Of a DNA stretch of 64,000 nucleotides, positions 1 to 9,962 are shown in pieces. The notes under the pieces are model-generated. The model saw nothing but the letters and a program-made list of their open reading frames with translations. It was not told the origin of the DNA and made no database searches. The DNA comes from an uncultured Lactobacillus sp. (GTDB taxonomy: Bacteria; Bacillota; Bacilli; Lactobacillales; Lactobacillaceae), in the NCBI RefSeq assembly GCF_946477725.1, contig NZ_CAMKZC010000008.1, forward strand, positions 10,812-74,811, written 5' to 3'. Position 1 is the stretch's first letter. The number at the start of each line of letters is the position of its first letter. Position numbers and translations under genes: made by a program.

Positions 1-132
1 AGGCATTTGCGGATTAATGACCGTATAAAAGCGATCTACAATTTGGTTGTTGCGAACCATTACCAAGGCCAAAGAGCAGGCACTTTCAGGATGTCTGTTG
101 GCTGTTTCGAAATCCATCGCAATAAAATTCAT
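1..132 (-). CDS. 3'-5' exonuclease, DnaQ/PolIII-epsilon-like. Only the N-terminal 44 codons are here; the gene continues beyond the window start.
   Basis: The reverse complement of 1..132 reads MNFIAMDFETANRHPESACSLALVMVRNNQIVDRFYTVINPQMP. The DFET motif matches the ExoI (DxE) motif of DEDD exonucleases. The ATG lies at complement 130..132. Confidence 0.55.
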   Translation of the reverse strand, partial: MNFIAMDFETANRHPESACSLALVMVRNNQIVDRFYTVINPQMP

Positions 133-225
133 GTTATCTCCTTTAAATTTTAATTTTAGTATAACATATGATGAAGCTCTTAACTGAATGAGGTAAAATA
201 GAAAAAGATTAGATAAAAGGGGATT

Positions 226-1131
226 TTGGTTTTGAAGTTATCAGATTTAACCGAAAAAGGTTTAGAAATAAAAAAACAGGTTCCACTTAGTAAATACACA
301 TTTACGAAAACAGGAGGTCCAGCTGAATTACTTGCTTTTCCTCACAGTGAAAGTGAATTAAGAGATTTAGTCCTTGCTGCTTATGATAACCAGATTCCCT
401 TAACTGTAATAGGCAATGCTTCTAACCTAATTATACGTGATGGTGGTATTTCAGGTCTGGTTTTAATATTAACCGCGATGAACCAAATTAAGGTTGAAGG
501 TAATCAAGTTGTTGCTCAATCAGGAGCGACTATTGTGGATACGGCTTTTACAGCTGCACATCATGGCCTAAGTGGGTTAGAATTCGCAGCTGGGATACCA
601 GGAAGTGTTGGTGGTGCAGTTTTCATGAACGCTGGTGCTTATGGAGGTGAAACTAGTAACGTTATTCAAAGTGTCAAGGTGATGACGCGGAAGGGAAAAA
701 TAAAGCAATATTCTTTGTCTGAAATGAATTTTTCTTATAGACATTCATTAGTCCAGGATAATGGTGATATCGTTATAGAGGCTGTTTTTGCATTAAAAAG
801 ATCTGCCAAAAGTCGTATTTTAGCAGAAATGAATTATCTTAATGCTTTGCGTAAGTATAAACAGCCGCTTGAATACCCCTCATGTGGCAGTGTTTTTAAA
901 CGACCGGCCGGTCACTATGTTGGTCCAATGATTATTAAGGCAGGATTACAAGGTAAGCAAATTGGTGGCGCTCAAGATTCCACCAAGCACGCCGGATTTA
1001 TTGTAAATAAGGGTAATGCTACTGCGACTGATTACCTCAATTTAATTCATCTGATACAGGCAAAAATTAAGTCTCAATTTGGTTTGGATTTACAAACTGA
1101 AGTTAGAATAATTGGCGAACCTGATGAATAA
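226..1131 (+). CDS. murB: UDP-N-acetylenolpyruvoylglucosamine reductase
   Basis: 301 aa with a TTG start. FAD-binding and MurB C-terminal motifs are present (GGPA, GNASN, GAGIPGSVGGAVFMNAGAYG, SCGSVFKRP). Confidence 0.9.
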   Translation: MVLKLSDLTEKGLEIKKQVPLSKYTFTKTGGPAELLAFPHSESELRDLVLAAYDNQIPLTVIGNASNLIIRDGGISGLVLILTAMNQIKVEGNQVVAQSGATIVDTAFTAAHHGLSGLEFAAGIPGSVGGAVFMNAGAYGGETSNVIQSVKVMTRKGKIKQYSLSEMNFSYRHSLVQDNGDIVIEAVFALKRSAKSRILAEMNYLNALRKYKQPLEYPSCGSVFKRPAGHYVGPMIIKAGLQGKQIGGAQDSTKHAGFIVNKGNATATDYLNLIHLIQAKIKSQFGLDLQTEVRIIGEPDE

Positions 1132-1175
1132 ACTGCTACAATTATTATGTTCACACATTAGAGAAAGGAGTATTT

Positions 1176-2021
1176 ATGCAAACTAGCGGAGCACATATTT
1201 TTACTTGGGGCAACTTATCTACGATTCTTGATGTCCTGATTATCTGGTTTGTAGTTTATCACTTAGTTATTTTAATCAGGGGAACTAAGGCTGTTCAACT
1301 AGCGAAGGGAATTGTGCTGATTTTTATCGTGCGTATTATTGCAGGGATACTGCAACTACATACCACGACTTGGCTGATTGACCAAATTGTTTCTTGGTCT
1401 GTAGTTGGAATTATTGTGATTTTTCAACCAGAAATTAGACGTGGTCTTGAACATTTAGGACGCCTGCCAATTTTTGGCGGTCGCGAGGACAGTGCTCGAA
1501 GCGAATCAATTAAGTTTATTAATGAAATTGACAAAGCTATTCAATATATGTCAAAAAGAAGAATTGGGGCACTCATTACTATCCAGCAAGAAACTGGCCT
1601 GGAAGATTATATTGAAACTGGGATCAAGCTTAACGCCGATGTTACAGGAGAATTATTAATTAACATTTTTATTCCTAATACTCCATTACACGATGGTGCC
1701 GTGATTATTAACAAGGATCACAAAATTGCAGTGGCAGCAGCTTATTTACCATTATCTGATAATAGTATGATTCCTAAAAGGTTGGGAACTCGTCACCGAG
1801 CTGCTGTTGGTATTTCCGAAGTAACAGATGCAATTACCGTCGTTGTGTCGGAGGAAACAGGTGGGGTAACAATTACCCGTAACGGTCGCTTTATGGTCGA
1901 TATGACTCGGGATGAATATCTAAAATATCTTACTGCTGAATTGGTACCAAAGAAAAATGATAATGATAAATGGTATCAAAAAATTATCCGTAAAATATGG
2001 AAATGGGGTGCTGACCGATGA
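1176..2021 (+). CDS. cdaA: Diadenylate cyclase, membrane-anchored DisA_N type
   Basis: N-terminal TM helices plus DAC-domain motifs (TPLHDGAVII, GTRHRAA). A strong RBS (GAAAGGAG) precedes the ATG. The cdaA-cdaR-glmM gene order is conserved. Confidence 0.9.
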   Translation: MQTSGAHIFTWGNLSTILDVLIIWFVVYHLVILIRGTKAVQLAKGIVLIFIVRIIAGILQLHTTTWLIDQIVSWSVVGIIVIFQPEIRRGLEHLGRLPIFGGREDSARSESIKFINEIDKAIQYMSKRRIGALITIQQETGLEDYIETGIKLNADVTGELLINIFIPNTPLHDGAVIINKDHKIAVAAAYLPLSDNSMIPKRLGTRHRAAVGISEVTDAITVVVSEETGGVTITRNGRFMVDMTRDEYLKYLTAELVPKKNDNDKWYQKIIRKIWKWGADR

Positions 2022-2995
2022 AAGAGTTTTGGAAAAAATCTTGGTTTATCAGGCTGGTTTCCCTTTTAATTGCAGTTTTATTAGTTATTTATGTCAATTC
2101 TACCCAAGAAGGATTTTTATCTCAGGGACAAACTGAAAAGACAAAGCAAACTGCTAATAAGACTGAAACTATCAAAGTACCTTTGCAGGTTTCAGTTGAT
2201 ACGGATAAGTATTACGTTGTAGGCTATCCCGAAAGAGTTAGTGTTACTTTGGAAGGGTCTACGGCACTTGTTACTTCTACGATCAATACCCAAAATTTTA
2301 GAGCTTACATTGACTTGACGAAAAAAAGCATTGGTAAGCATAATGTCAAAATTCATATTAATGGCATTAATAAGCAAATTTCTTATTCAGTCAAGCCGCG
2401 AAATATTACTGTTGACATTCAGCGACGTAAGTCAACTACAATGCCTGTACAAATAGAGTATAATAAGGGTGCTGTAGCCCCTGGTTATCAGAGAGGTCAT
2501 TCCAGTGTTTATCCACAACAGGTGGAGGTAACTGGGGCTCGCTCAGAAGTTGATCAAATCGATCAGATTGTTGCCAGGGTGGTTTTACCTAATGGTATTG
2601 ATCACACTTATGAGCGCCAGGTAAACCTGATTGCAGTAGATAATAAGGGCAGACAGTTGAATGTAATAATTGATCCTGCAACTGCTAAAGTAACAATACC
2701 TATTACAACGGCAAAAAAGGTAGTAAAAGTTCAGCTTGAGCCTGAACATGAAAAAACAAATAAAATTTATTCACTGACTGCTAAAACCAAATATGTAACT
2801 TTATATGGCAATGAAGATGCTCTGGCTAAAGTTAAGCACTTGAAAGTTCCGGTTGATTTAGGTTCTGTTAATGTTTCTGCTACCAAAACTATTACTTTCA
2901 ATTTACCTGACGGTGTAGTTAAATCGAATCCAAGGCAAATCAATGTTGATATAAAGGTAGAAAATACAAAAGACACACAAAATGTTGATAAATAA
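2018..2995 (+). CDS. cdaR: CdaA regulatory protein with YbbR-like repeats
   Basis: Its start overlaps the cdaA stop in an ATGA. It has an N-terminal TM helix, repeated YbbR-like beta-rich modules, and sits between cdaA and glmM. Confidence 0.8.
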   Translation: MKEFWKKSWFIRLVSLLIAVLLVIYVNSTQEGFLSQGQTEKTKQTANKTETIKVPLQVSVDTDKYYVVGYPERVSVTLEGSTALVTSTINTQNFRAYIDLTKKSIGKHNVKIHINGINKQISYSVKPRNITVDIQRRKSTTMPVQIEYNKGAVAPGYQRGHSSVYPQQVEVTGARSEVDQIDQIVARVVLPNGIDHTYERQVNLIAVDNKGRQLNVIIDPATAKVTIPITTAKKVVKVQLEPEHEKTNKIYSLTAKTKYVTLYGNEDALAKVKHLKVPVDLGSVNVSATKTITFNLPDGVVKSNPRQINVDIKVENTKDTQNVDK

Positions 2996-3015
2996 ATAAG
3001 AAAGGTTGTTTAGTA

Positions 3016-4368
3016 ATGTTAAAATATTTTGGCACTGATGGTGTACGTGGGGTAGCTAATCAAGATTTATCTCCTGAATTGGCATTTAAACTAGGGCGAG
3101 ACGGTGGTTACGTCTTAACTAAAAACAAGTCTAAAGAAGAACAGGCCAAAGTTTTGGTTTCTCGTGATACCAGGATTTCTGGCCAGATGTTAGAATATGC
3201 TTTGATAGCTGGACTTCTTTCTGTTGGAATTGAGGTCTTGGAGGTAGGTGTAATTACTACACCGGGATTATCGTACCTAGTTCGTGCTCAAGGCGCTGAT
3301 GCAGGTGTTCAAATTTCTGCTTCCCATAATCCTGTGGAAGACAATGGTATTAAGTTCTTTGGCAGCGATGGTTTGAAATTGTCTGACGAAATGGAAGGCG
3401 AAATTGAAAAATTGATTGATGCCCCTGAAGATAGTTTACCTCGACCTTCTGCCAAAGGATTGGGTTCTGTTACCGATTTTCATGAAGGTAGTGCCAAATA
3501 TTTACAGTTTATTGAAAATACTATTCCCGAAGACCTTAGTGGCATTAAGGTTGTGATTGATGGTGCTAATGGTGCGGCCAGCAGCCTAATTTCACGGTTA
3601 TTTGCTGATTGTGGTGTTGACTTCACTACTATTGCTATTCATCCCGATGGCCTTAACATTAATGATCACGTTGGAGCCACTCATACTGAAAAACTGCAGG
3701 AAGAAGTAGTGAAACAGGGTGCACAACTTGGTCTTGCATTTGACGGTGATGCTGATCGTTGTATCGCTGTCGATGAAAATGGTCATGAAGTTGATGGCGA
3801 CCACATTATGTATATACTTGGCAGCTATATGGAAGATGGTGGTCGTTTGAAAAAAGATACAATCGTTACCACTGTAATGAGTAATCTGGGATTCACTAAA
3901 GCTTTGCAAAGGCGTGGCATTAAAAATGTCCGGACTCAGGTAGGCGACCGCTATGTTTCAGAAGAAATGCGTGCGCATGGCTATAATTTAGGTGGAGAAC
4001 AATCGGGTCACGTGATTATGAGTGATTATCATAATACCGGTGACGGAATGCTAACAGGTTTACATTTGATGTTAGTGATGAAAAGAACTGGCAAAACTCT
4101 AACTGAGTTACTAACTGATTTTAAAGAATATCCACAGTGTCTGGTAAATGTTCCGGTAAAAGATAAGAACTCCTGGAAAGAACATCAACCTATTTTAGAT
4201 GTAATAAAAGAGGTTGAAAACGATATGGGTGACGATGGTAGAGTATTAGTGCGACCTTCCGGAACACAGTCACTTTTGCGTGTAATGGCTGAAGGACCAA
4301 CCCAAGAGGAAACTGATGCCTATGTGAAGAGAATAACTGATGTAGTTGAAAAGGAAATGGGCGTGTAA
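3016..4368 (+). CDS. glmM: Phosphoglucosamine mutase
   Basis: 450 aa, beginning [12 protein letters not shown]. The active-site loop SASHNP and the motifs DGDADR and GEQSGH are present. Confidence 0.93.
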   Translation: MLKYFGTDGVRGVANQDLSPELAFKLGRDGGYVLTKNKSKEEQAKVLVSRDTRISGQMLEYALIAGLLSVGIEVLEVGVITTPGLSYLVRAQGADAGVQISASHNPVEDNGIKFFGSDGLKLSDEMEGEIEKLIDAPEDSLPRPSAKGLGSVTDFHEGSAKYLQFIENTIPEDLSGIKVVIDGANGAASSLISRLFADCGVDFTTIAIHPDGLNINDHVGATHTEKLQEEVVKQGAQLGLAFDGDADRCIAVDENGHEVDGDHIMYILGSYMEDGGRLKKDTIVTTVMSNLGFTKALQRRGIKNVRTQVGDRYVSEEMRAHGYNLGGEQSGHVIMSDYHNTGDGMLTGLHLMLVMKRTGKTLTELLTDFKEYPQCLVNVPVKDKNSWKEHQPILDVIKEVENDMGDDGRVLVRPSGTQSLLRVMAEGPTQEETDAYVKRITDVVEKEMGV

Positions 4369-4418
4369 GTAAAATAAACCCATTGCATTTTTGAGCTAAA
4401 AAGCAGGTAAATAATAAT

Positions 4419-4455
4419 AAGACCCCAAAATTGACTTCAATTTTGGGGTCTTATT
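4419..4455. terminator. Bidirectional intrinsic terminator between the convergent glmM and surface-protein genes
   Basis: A 13-bp perfect stem, GACCCCAAAATTG (4421-4433) with CAATTTTGGGGTC (4438-4450). The loop is 4 nt and both flanks are A/T-rich. Confidence 0.75.
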
Positions 4456-4483
4456 ATACAAACTTTACTCAAAAATATTTGTA

Positions 4484-5497
4484 TTATTCTTTTACATCTT
4501 TTTCTGTGTTGGCTGACGTGACATCAGCTGCTGTATTCACTGGCTTTAAATGTTTACCAAAAATATATTTAGCAGTAGAAACCTTTACAAAATTACAGTT
4601 TAACACTGATGAAGGTGAATCTAAAACTTCATAAAACAGCTCTGCTTTTTTATCTTCTGGAACCCATATATATCTTAAACTTGTAACCGAAACCGTATCA
4701 CCAGGTCTAAATCTTGATTCGTCTCCCAATTCTCCTTTTGTATTATAAAGATATGCGTCATTCACAAATTTTACAGTCATAATATTGGTATACGGTATTA
4801 GCCTTTGACGAGGCGGTGTTTTAAGGTCGTCTCTTAAAACAAACAAGTTTTTATTGTTTTTTATGCGGTATACTTCTAGAACTACACCATTATCAAGCAT
4901 ATCAATTTTATTCGTACCCGCTAACTCTTCTCTATTACTAAAACGATCAACTACCAGTTTCGTTCCTTTTTTAACATATTTATCGGTAAATTCACCTTTA
5001 TTATTAACAAGTCTGGCTTTTGTAAAATCTTTATCAGAAGAAAACGGCCAGGAAGCTATTGTAACAGTAACATAATTAGTAACTAGTCTATTTCCATTGA
5101 TACTGTCAACATTCACAGCTTTAATATACCCACCATGACCGATATTGTAGTATTGCTTCCCCTTAATTGTCTTATATGGTAGATAATACCAGTTCATATC
5201 TTCGTCACTAAACGAATAACGCTTAGTATTTGGATCAGATAAGGCTTTAATTTTGCCAACGTATCTTACTAAAGCACCCTTTTTTAGCAGCCCATTCGTT
5301 TTAAGATAAGAATATTTTTTCTTACCCTTTTTGTTATAAACACGAGTCTTATGATTTAAGGTTAGCTTGCCTTGCTCAGAATTTACATTTGACGTAGTAG
5401 TTTGAGCTTGAGCAATATTAGTCGTAGTAGCTGCTATTGATGCTATTGTCAATATTCCAGCTACTAAGCTAATAAACAATTTTTTGTTAATTTTCAT
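4484..5497 (-). CDS. Secreted cell-surface protein, possibly carrying SLAP-like (S-layer-associated) modules
   Basis: Sec-type signal peptide (MKINKKLFISLVAGILTIASIAATTTNIAQA). The protein is Lys-rich and basic, with segments of the pattern YNKKGKK...GKQYYNIGHGGYIKAVNV that recall Lactobacillus SLAP domains. The family assignment is tentative. Confidence 0.55.
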   Translation of the reverse strand: MKINKKLFISLVAGILTIASIAATTTNIAQAQTTTSNVNSEQGKLTLNHKTRVYNKKGKKKYSYLKTNGLLKKGALVRYVGKIKALSDPNTKRYSFSDEDMNWYYLPYKTIKGKQYYNIGHGGYIKAVNVDSINGNRLVTNYVTVTIASWPFSSDKDFTKARLVNNKGEFTDKYVKKGTKLVVDRFSNREELAGTNKIDMLDNGVVLEVYRIKNNKNLFVLRDDLKTPPRQRLIPYTNIMTVKFVNDAYLYNTKGELGDESRFRPGDTVSVTSLRYIWVPEDKKAELFYEVLDSPSSVLNCNFVKVSTAKYIFGKHLKPVNTAADVTSANTEKDVKE

Positions 5498-5783
5498 TGT
5501 AATTACCCCTTTATCCTTAAATTCTAATAGCTAGCTATTAAATTGTCTATTAAGAATGGGCAACTTCACGTAAAACAAAAAAGATAGCAAGAAGCCCGCT
5601 TTTTTTGAATAATACTTAAATATCACTTTTGCATTTTACACAACAGCTTAAGCATATGCTTATTTAAATGTATAACTGTTTAACTGGCCTCCATTTAAGA
5701 TTTTCATCAATTATTTTGGGCAAACTTTTGTGTTAGTAATAGTAATTTTACATTATTGTATAGACCAATTTTTAAAATATTGC

Positions 5784-5812
5784 TTGACCAATTTATTAAA
5801 AAAGGCTAATAT
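5784..5812 (+). promoter_or_regulatory. Candidate sigma-A promoter for glmS
   Basis: TTGACC (5784-5789), a 17-nt spacer, then TAATAT (5807-5812), about 70 nt upstream of the glmS ATG. Confidence 0.45.
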
Positions 5813-5880
5813 TCCATACGTAAGTTGAATTAACTAATTAATCCAAATTAATTATTTTTACTAGACCAAAGGAGAAGAAT

Positions 5881-7692
5881 ATGTGTGGAATTGTTGGCAT
5901 AGTTGGAAAGTCTGCTAGAGAAATTGTTTTAAATGGGTTGTCTAAGCTTGAATATCGCGGATATGATTCTGCAGGAATTTACCTCAATGATTTGGCAGGA
6001 AAAGAATATTTAACTAAAACTGCTGGTCGTATTGAGGACTTGAAGAACAAAATGACTCCAGAAGAGCAGGGTATGATTGGGATTGGTCATACTCGTTGGG
6101 CAACACATGGTAAGCCCACTGAAACTAATGCTCATCCCCAATTTGATGAAACTGAACGCTTTTATCTGGTTCATAATGGCGTAATTGAAAATTACCAAGA
6201 AATAAAAAAGCAATACTTAAATGATGTTACCTTTAAGTCTGACACTGATACCGAGGTAATAGTTCAATTAGTTAGTAAATTTGCTCGTGAAAAAAATGAA
6301 GATGCCTTTACGGCTCTAAAGCAGGCTCTACAAGTGATTAAGGGATCATATGCTCTTTTATTAGTTGACAATCAAAATCCAGATCATATTTTTATTGCTA
6401 AAAATAAATCTCCTTTGATGCTGGGACTGGGTAATGGCTTTAATGTTATCGCATCTGATGCCTTATCAGTATTGGATCAAACCAAAACTTTCGTTGATCT
6501 ACAAGATGGTGAAGTCGGAGACATTACGCAAAATGGGTATCGGCTTGAAACTGTTGCTGGTCAAAAGGTTGATCATCAGCACTATGAGTTAAATATTGAT
6601 GAAAATGCTGCTTCTAAGGGTACTTATGAATTTTACATGCCTAAAGAAATTTGTGAACAGCCGAGTGTTTTACGGCACTTAGATCAACATTATCTTGATC
6701 AAAATGGTGACCCTAAAGTAGATGCTAAAATTATTAATGCTCTATCTCAGACAGATAGACTGTATATCTTTGCTGCTGGTACCAGTTATCATGCGGGCTT
6801 AATTGGTAAACAACTTTTTGAAAAGCTGACTAAGATTCCAACTGAAGTAGGATTTGCATCTGAAGCAGGTTACCATTTTCCAATGATGTCAAAACACCCA
6901 TTCTTTATTTTCTTATCGCAATCAGGTGAAACGGCTGATTCACGCGTTGTCTTGCAACAAGCGATTAAACGTGGTATTCCTAGTCTAACTTTGACGAATG
7001 TTCCCAATTCTACTTTGGCGCGCGAAGCTAATTATGCCATGTCACTTGAAGCTGGGCCCGAAATTGCTGTAGCTTCAACTAAAGCTTATACTGCCCAAGT
7101 TGCCGTTCAAGCTATAGTTGCCAAGGCATTAGGAGAAAAATTAGGTGTTAAAGATGCTGCAGCTTTTGACTTGAAAAAGAATTTCGCTTTAGCTGCAGAA
7201 GGAATAGAACAAGTGATTTCCAGTCAAGCCAAAATAGAGCAACTAGCACAAAAAGATTTAATACCTAGTCGCAATGCATTTTATATTGGCAGGGGTATTG
7301 ATTATCCGGTCGCTTTGGAAGCTGCCCTTAAGCTTAAAGAAGTATCTTATATTCAAACAGAAGGTTTTGCGGCAGCAGAATTAAAGCATGGCACAATTTC
7401 ATTGATTGAAAAAGGCACGCCTGTAGTCGCTTTAATTAATGACCCTGTCACGGCGGATTTGATGCGGGGAAACATTCAGGAGGTAATTGCACGTGGAGCA
7501 ACTGTTATTACTATTGCGCGTAAATCATTAGCTAAACCTAGTGATGATATTGTTTTACCTGAAGTTAATTATTATCTTTCGCCACTTGTTAGTGTAGTAG
7601 CAGCACAATTATTTGCATATTTTGCAGCTAAAGATAAAGGACTAGATGTTGATAAGCCGCGTAATTTGGCGAAAAGCGTTACTGTAGAATAA
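5881..7692 (+). CDS. glmS: Glutamine--fructose-6-phosphate aminotransferase
   Basis: 603 aa. Begins MCGIVG (an N-terminal nucleophile Cys), carries two SIS domains and ends KSVTVE. The RBS is AAAGGAG. Confidence 0.95.
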   Translation: MCGIVGIVGKSAREIVLNGLSKLEYRGYDSAGIYLNDLAGKEYLTKTAGRIEDLKNKMTPEEQGMIGIGHTRWATHGKPTETNAHPQFDETERFYLVHNGVIENYQEIKKQYLNDVTFKSDTDTEVIVQLVSKFAREKNEDAFTALKQALQVIKGSYALLLVDNQNPDHIFIAKNKSPLMLGLGNGFNVIASDALSVLDQTKTFVDLQDGEVGDITQNGYRLETVAGQKVDHQHYELNIDENAASKGTYEFYMPKEICEQPSVLRHLDQHYLDQNGDPKVDAKIINALSQTDRLYIFAAGTSYHAGLIGKQLFEKLTKIPTEVGFASEAGYHFPMMSKHPFFIFLSQSGETADSRVVLQQAIKRGIPSLTLTNVPNSTLAREANYAMSLEAGPEIAVASTKAYTAQVAVQAIVAKALGEKLGVKDAAAFDLKKNFALAAEGIEQVISSQAKIEQLAQKDLIPSRNAFYIGRGIDYPVALEAALKLKEVSYIQTEGFAAAELKHGTISLIEKGTPVVALINDPVTADLMRGNIQEVIARGATVITIARKSLAKPSDDIVLPEVNYYLSPLVSVVAAQLFAYFAAKDKGLDVDKPRNLAKSVTVE

Positions 7693-7740
7693 ACTTTTTG
7701 AGTTTCTGTTTTGTTTTAAAAGAGAATATTTTTTTAAAAA

Positions 7741-7763
7741 GTCGTAAGTAATTACGACTTTTT
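7741..7763 (+). terminator. glmS intrinsic terminator
   Basis: GTCGTAA (7741-7747), loop GTAA, TTACGAC (7752-7758), then a T5 run. An A-run lies upstream. Confidence 0.6.
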
Positions 7764-7806
7764 GTATAATAAAGAAGATAGTGAAAAAGTGTAGGAGGAT
7801 ATTATT

Positions 7807-8622
7807 TTGGCAATAAAATTGATTGCGGTTGATTTAGATGGTACTTTACTTACTACTTCTAAACAAATTTCACCGGAAACTGAAAGGGTACTGAAACAAG
7901 CTGACAGTCAGGGCATTAAGGTGGTTTTAGCCACAGGTCGACCATTGTCTGGTACAATTGAATTTAATAAACAATTAGGTTTACAAGGCGCAAGACAATA
8001 TGACATTGTTTTCAATGGTGCAGTAATCCAGGATCTGGCGGGAAATATTTTAATGAATGAAGAAATGAACTACCGTGATTTCTCTAATATGCGTCGCTTG
8101 CAAAGATTAGCCCATGTCAACCTTCATTTTGAAACTCCTGAGTGTTACTGGACATGTGATCGTGATATAGGAGTAAATTTAGCTAGAAATGCTACCTATA
8201 ATAAAAATGTGATTAAAGTTAGGAAAGCAGAAGAGATACCACAAGATTTTACTTTTAATAAAGTGGGGCTTAGTGTTCTTGATGATGAACGTGAAGTTGA
8301 TAAATTGTGGAATAATATCCCTCAATGGGCCTTTGCCAAGTATGATATTGTCCGCAGCTTTTCTTCTATTGTTGAAATTAACATTAAAGATGCTTCTAAG
8401 GGTAATGCAGTCCTGCAATTAGCCGAGAGACTGAAAATTAAGTCAAGTCAAGTTATGGTTTTTGGCGATCAGGGCAACGATATTTCGATGTTTACTAATC
8501 CTGATTTCAAAAAAGTAGCCATGGGTAATGCTGTGGGAATGATCAAAGACTATGCAGATTATGTGACTGCAGATAATGACAATGATGGAATTGCCAAAGC
8601 ACTAAAAAAGTTTGTTCTGTAG
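7807..8622 (+). CDS. HAD-superfamily Cof-type phosphatase
   Basis: Begins IKLIAVDLDGTLL (the DxD motif). Also has ATGR, GDQGNDISM and a C-terminal DNDGIA. Confidence 0.8.
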   Translation: MAIKLIAVDLDGTLLTTSKQISPETERVLKQADSQGIKVVLATGRPLSGTIEFNKQLGLQGARQYDIVFNGAVIQDLAGNILMNEEMNYRDFSNMRRLQRLAHVNLHFETPECYWTCDRDIGVNLARNATYNKNVIKVRKAEEIPQDFTFNKVGLSVLDDEREVDKLWNNIPQWAFAKYDIVRSFSSIVEINIKDASKGNAVLQLAERLKIKSSQVMVFGDQGNDISMFTNPDFKKVAMGNAVGMIKDYADYVTADNDNDGIAKALKKFVL

Positions 8623-8646
8623 TAAAATAAAACTAGGTTGATTATT

Positions 8647-9084
8647 ATGGTAGAAAAAAATAAAGAACATAATATTTCCGAAGCTGAGTGGGAAGTTATG
8701 AGAATAGTGTGGACTTTAGGAGAAATTCACACTGGTGATGTAATTCAGCAACTGCAAGCAAAAAAGGATTGGTCTGAGTCAACTATTAAAACTCTGATGG
8801 GTCGCTTAGTCAAAAAGGGTCTGCTAAAAACCCGTAAGGACGGTCGCCGTTTTGTATACTCCGCTACTGTTACGCAGATAGAGATGATGATTCAAGTCAC
8901 TAATGAAATGATGTGCCACATGTGTGATATGCATAAAGGTCAGGTAATGATAGCAATTCTGAAGGATATGCCTCTTTCTCAAGGTGATATTACCCAGATT
9001 GAAAAAGAACTTGCTCTAAAAAAGGAGCATGCTCCTGAAATGGTTAATTGTAACTGTCTGGCTTCGGGTCAACATGTCTGTTAG
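8647..9084 (+). CDS. copY: CopY/TcrY-type copper-responsive repressor (BlaI/MecI winged-helix family)
   Basis: N-terminal ISEAEWEVMRIVW...TIKTLMGRLVKKGLL is typical of BlaI/CopY. The C terminus is Cys-rich (CNCLASGQHVC). I prefer the ATG at 8647 over the TTG at 8638 given in the ORF track. Confidence 0.7.
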   Translation: MVEKNKEHNISEAEWEVMRIVWTLGEIHTGDVIQQLQAKKDWSESTIKTLMGRLVKKGLLKTRKDGRRFVYSATVTQIEMMIQVTNEMMCHMCDMHKGQVMIAILKDMPLSQGDITQIEKELALKKEHAPEMVNCNCLASGQHVC

Positions 9085-9119
9085 ATTAAACAGTTAATAT
9101 TTTTTAGGAGGTTAATTAA

Positions 9120-9830
9120 ATGAGAAAATTCGCTAGTATTTTGTTACGGCTAATTTTTGTTGCAGCGGTTGGTGTTTCCGGTTTTCTAATGATAGAGTCC
9201 CCGATAACAGTGAATGTGCAAAATGTTCGTGGTCTGGCTCAAACAGTGATCAAAAAGAGTGTTAACAATACAGGTGACTCAAGACTAAAGAGTACATTGA
9301 AACTGGCTAAGGACTTTGGTGTTGAAGACAAAATTCTCGAACAATTACCTAAAAAATATCATCATGATATGTCTTATACCAGTTTGTACAATTTAGGTGC
9401 AAGTTACCAGGAAAATGGTGAAGTGACGGCTAAAAGTTTATCTTTTCCAGAGAATAATGATGTGCAAAAAGCAGTCAGCAAATTGTTACTAAACAAAATT
9501 AACGACGGTTTGAAAGAAAACCAGAATCAGGTTAATCAAAGTATCACTATTTTCCATTATTGCTTTTTTGCCGCAATACTAATTTTTATCCTATCCGCTT
9601 TGTTAATATTATTTGGTAAATATTGGGCTGCAATTATTTTGTTAATTGCATCTGTGGGATCCTTTGGAGCATTACAATTCTTAGCTAACCAATTAGTACA
9701 ATGGCTGGAAAGTAATGTTGCTCAAGGAATTTCGTTAACTGTTTCTCCAGTGCTGTGGGCAGGATTGGCAGTAGGTGTGATAACAGCATTGATTTGGCCA
9801 TTAGTTTTAAAGCTAACAAAAAAAGAATAA
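9120..9830 (+). CDS. Membrane protein of unknown function
   Basis: 236 aa with a strong RBS (TAGGAGG). It has an N-terminal TM helix, a roughly 110-aa polar domain and about three C-terminal TM helices. I recognise no family. Confidence 0.5.
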   Translation: MRKFASILLRLIFVAAVGVSGFLMIESPITVNVQNVRGLAQTVIKKSVNNTGDSRLKSTLKLAKDFGVEDKILEQLPKKYHHDMSYTSLYNLGASYQENGEVTAKSLSFPENNDVQKAVSKLLLNKINDGLKENQNQVNQSITIFHYCFFAAILIFILSALLILFGKYWAAIILLIASVGSFGALQFLANQLVQWLESNVAQGISLTVSPVLWAGLAVGVITALIWPLVLKLTKKE

Positions 9831-9847
9831 AATATTAATTTTAAAAT

Positions 9848-9887
9848 TAAGCATTACCTAAAAAATTAGGTTAATGCTTATTTATTT
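9848..9887 (+). terminator. Intrinsic terminator
   Basis: TAAGCATTACCTAA pairs with TTAGGTTAATGCTTA with one bulge, followed by TTTATTTT. Confidence 0.6.
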
Positions 9888-9962
9888 TAACGTAACGTAA
9901 ATACTTGTTAAATGTGTGCTAAAATTAATAGTGATTCGAATGTATAAATAAAGGACAAATTA

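Noticed and set aside
1474-1659. Short nested or antisense ORFs in the six-frame track, lying inside well-supported genes. Examples: 1474..1659, 2192..2377, 2767..2976, 3598..3909, 6010..6213, 8179..8418, 12181..12417, 13979..14203, 19248..19547, 19551..19769, 20085..20294, 22228..22452, 25923..26129, 37091..37390, 54677..55015, 57033..57263, 58395..58601, 60594..60833, 61159..61533, 63378..63629.
   Set aside because: Each lies wholly within a longer ORF that has clear family motifs. None has an SD-like sequence at proper spacing. Their compositions mirror the coding strand of the real gene.
4431-4634. Plus-strand 67-aa ORF starting inside the glmM terminator and running antisense to the end of the surface-protein gene. 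The same applies to 4854..5075.
   Set aside because: It starts within the terminator hairpin, has no RBS, and is fully antisense to a signal-peptide-bearing ORF.
5498-5880. A glmS ribozyme upstream of glmS.
   Set aside because: No GC-rich conserved ribozyme core is visible on the glmS strand. The region is uniformly AT-rich. I report this as an absence; a covariance-model search is still needed.
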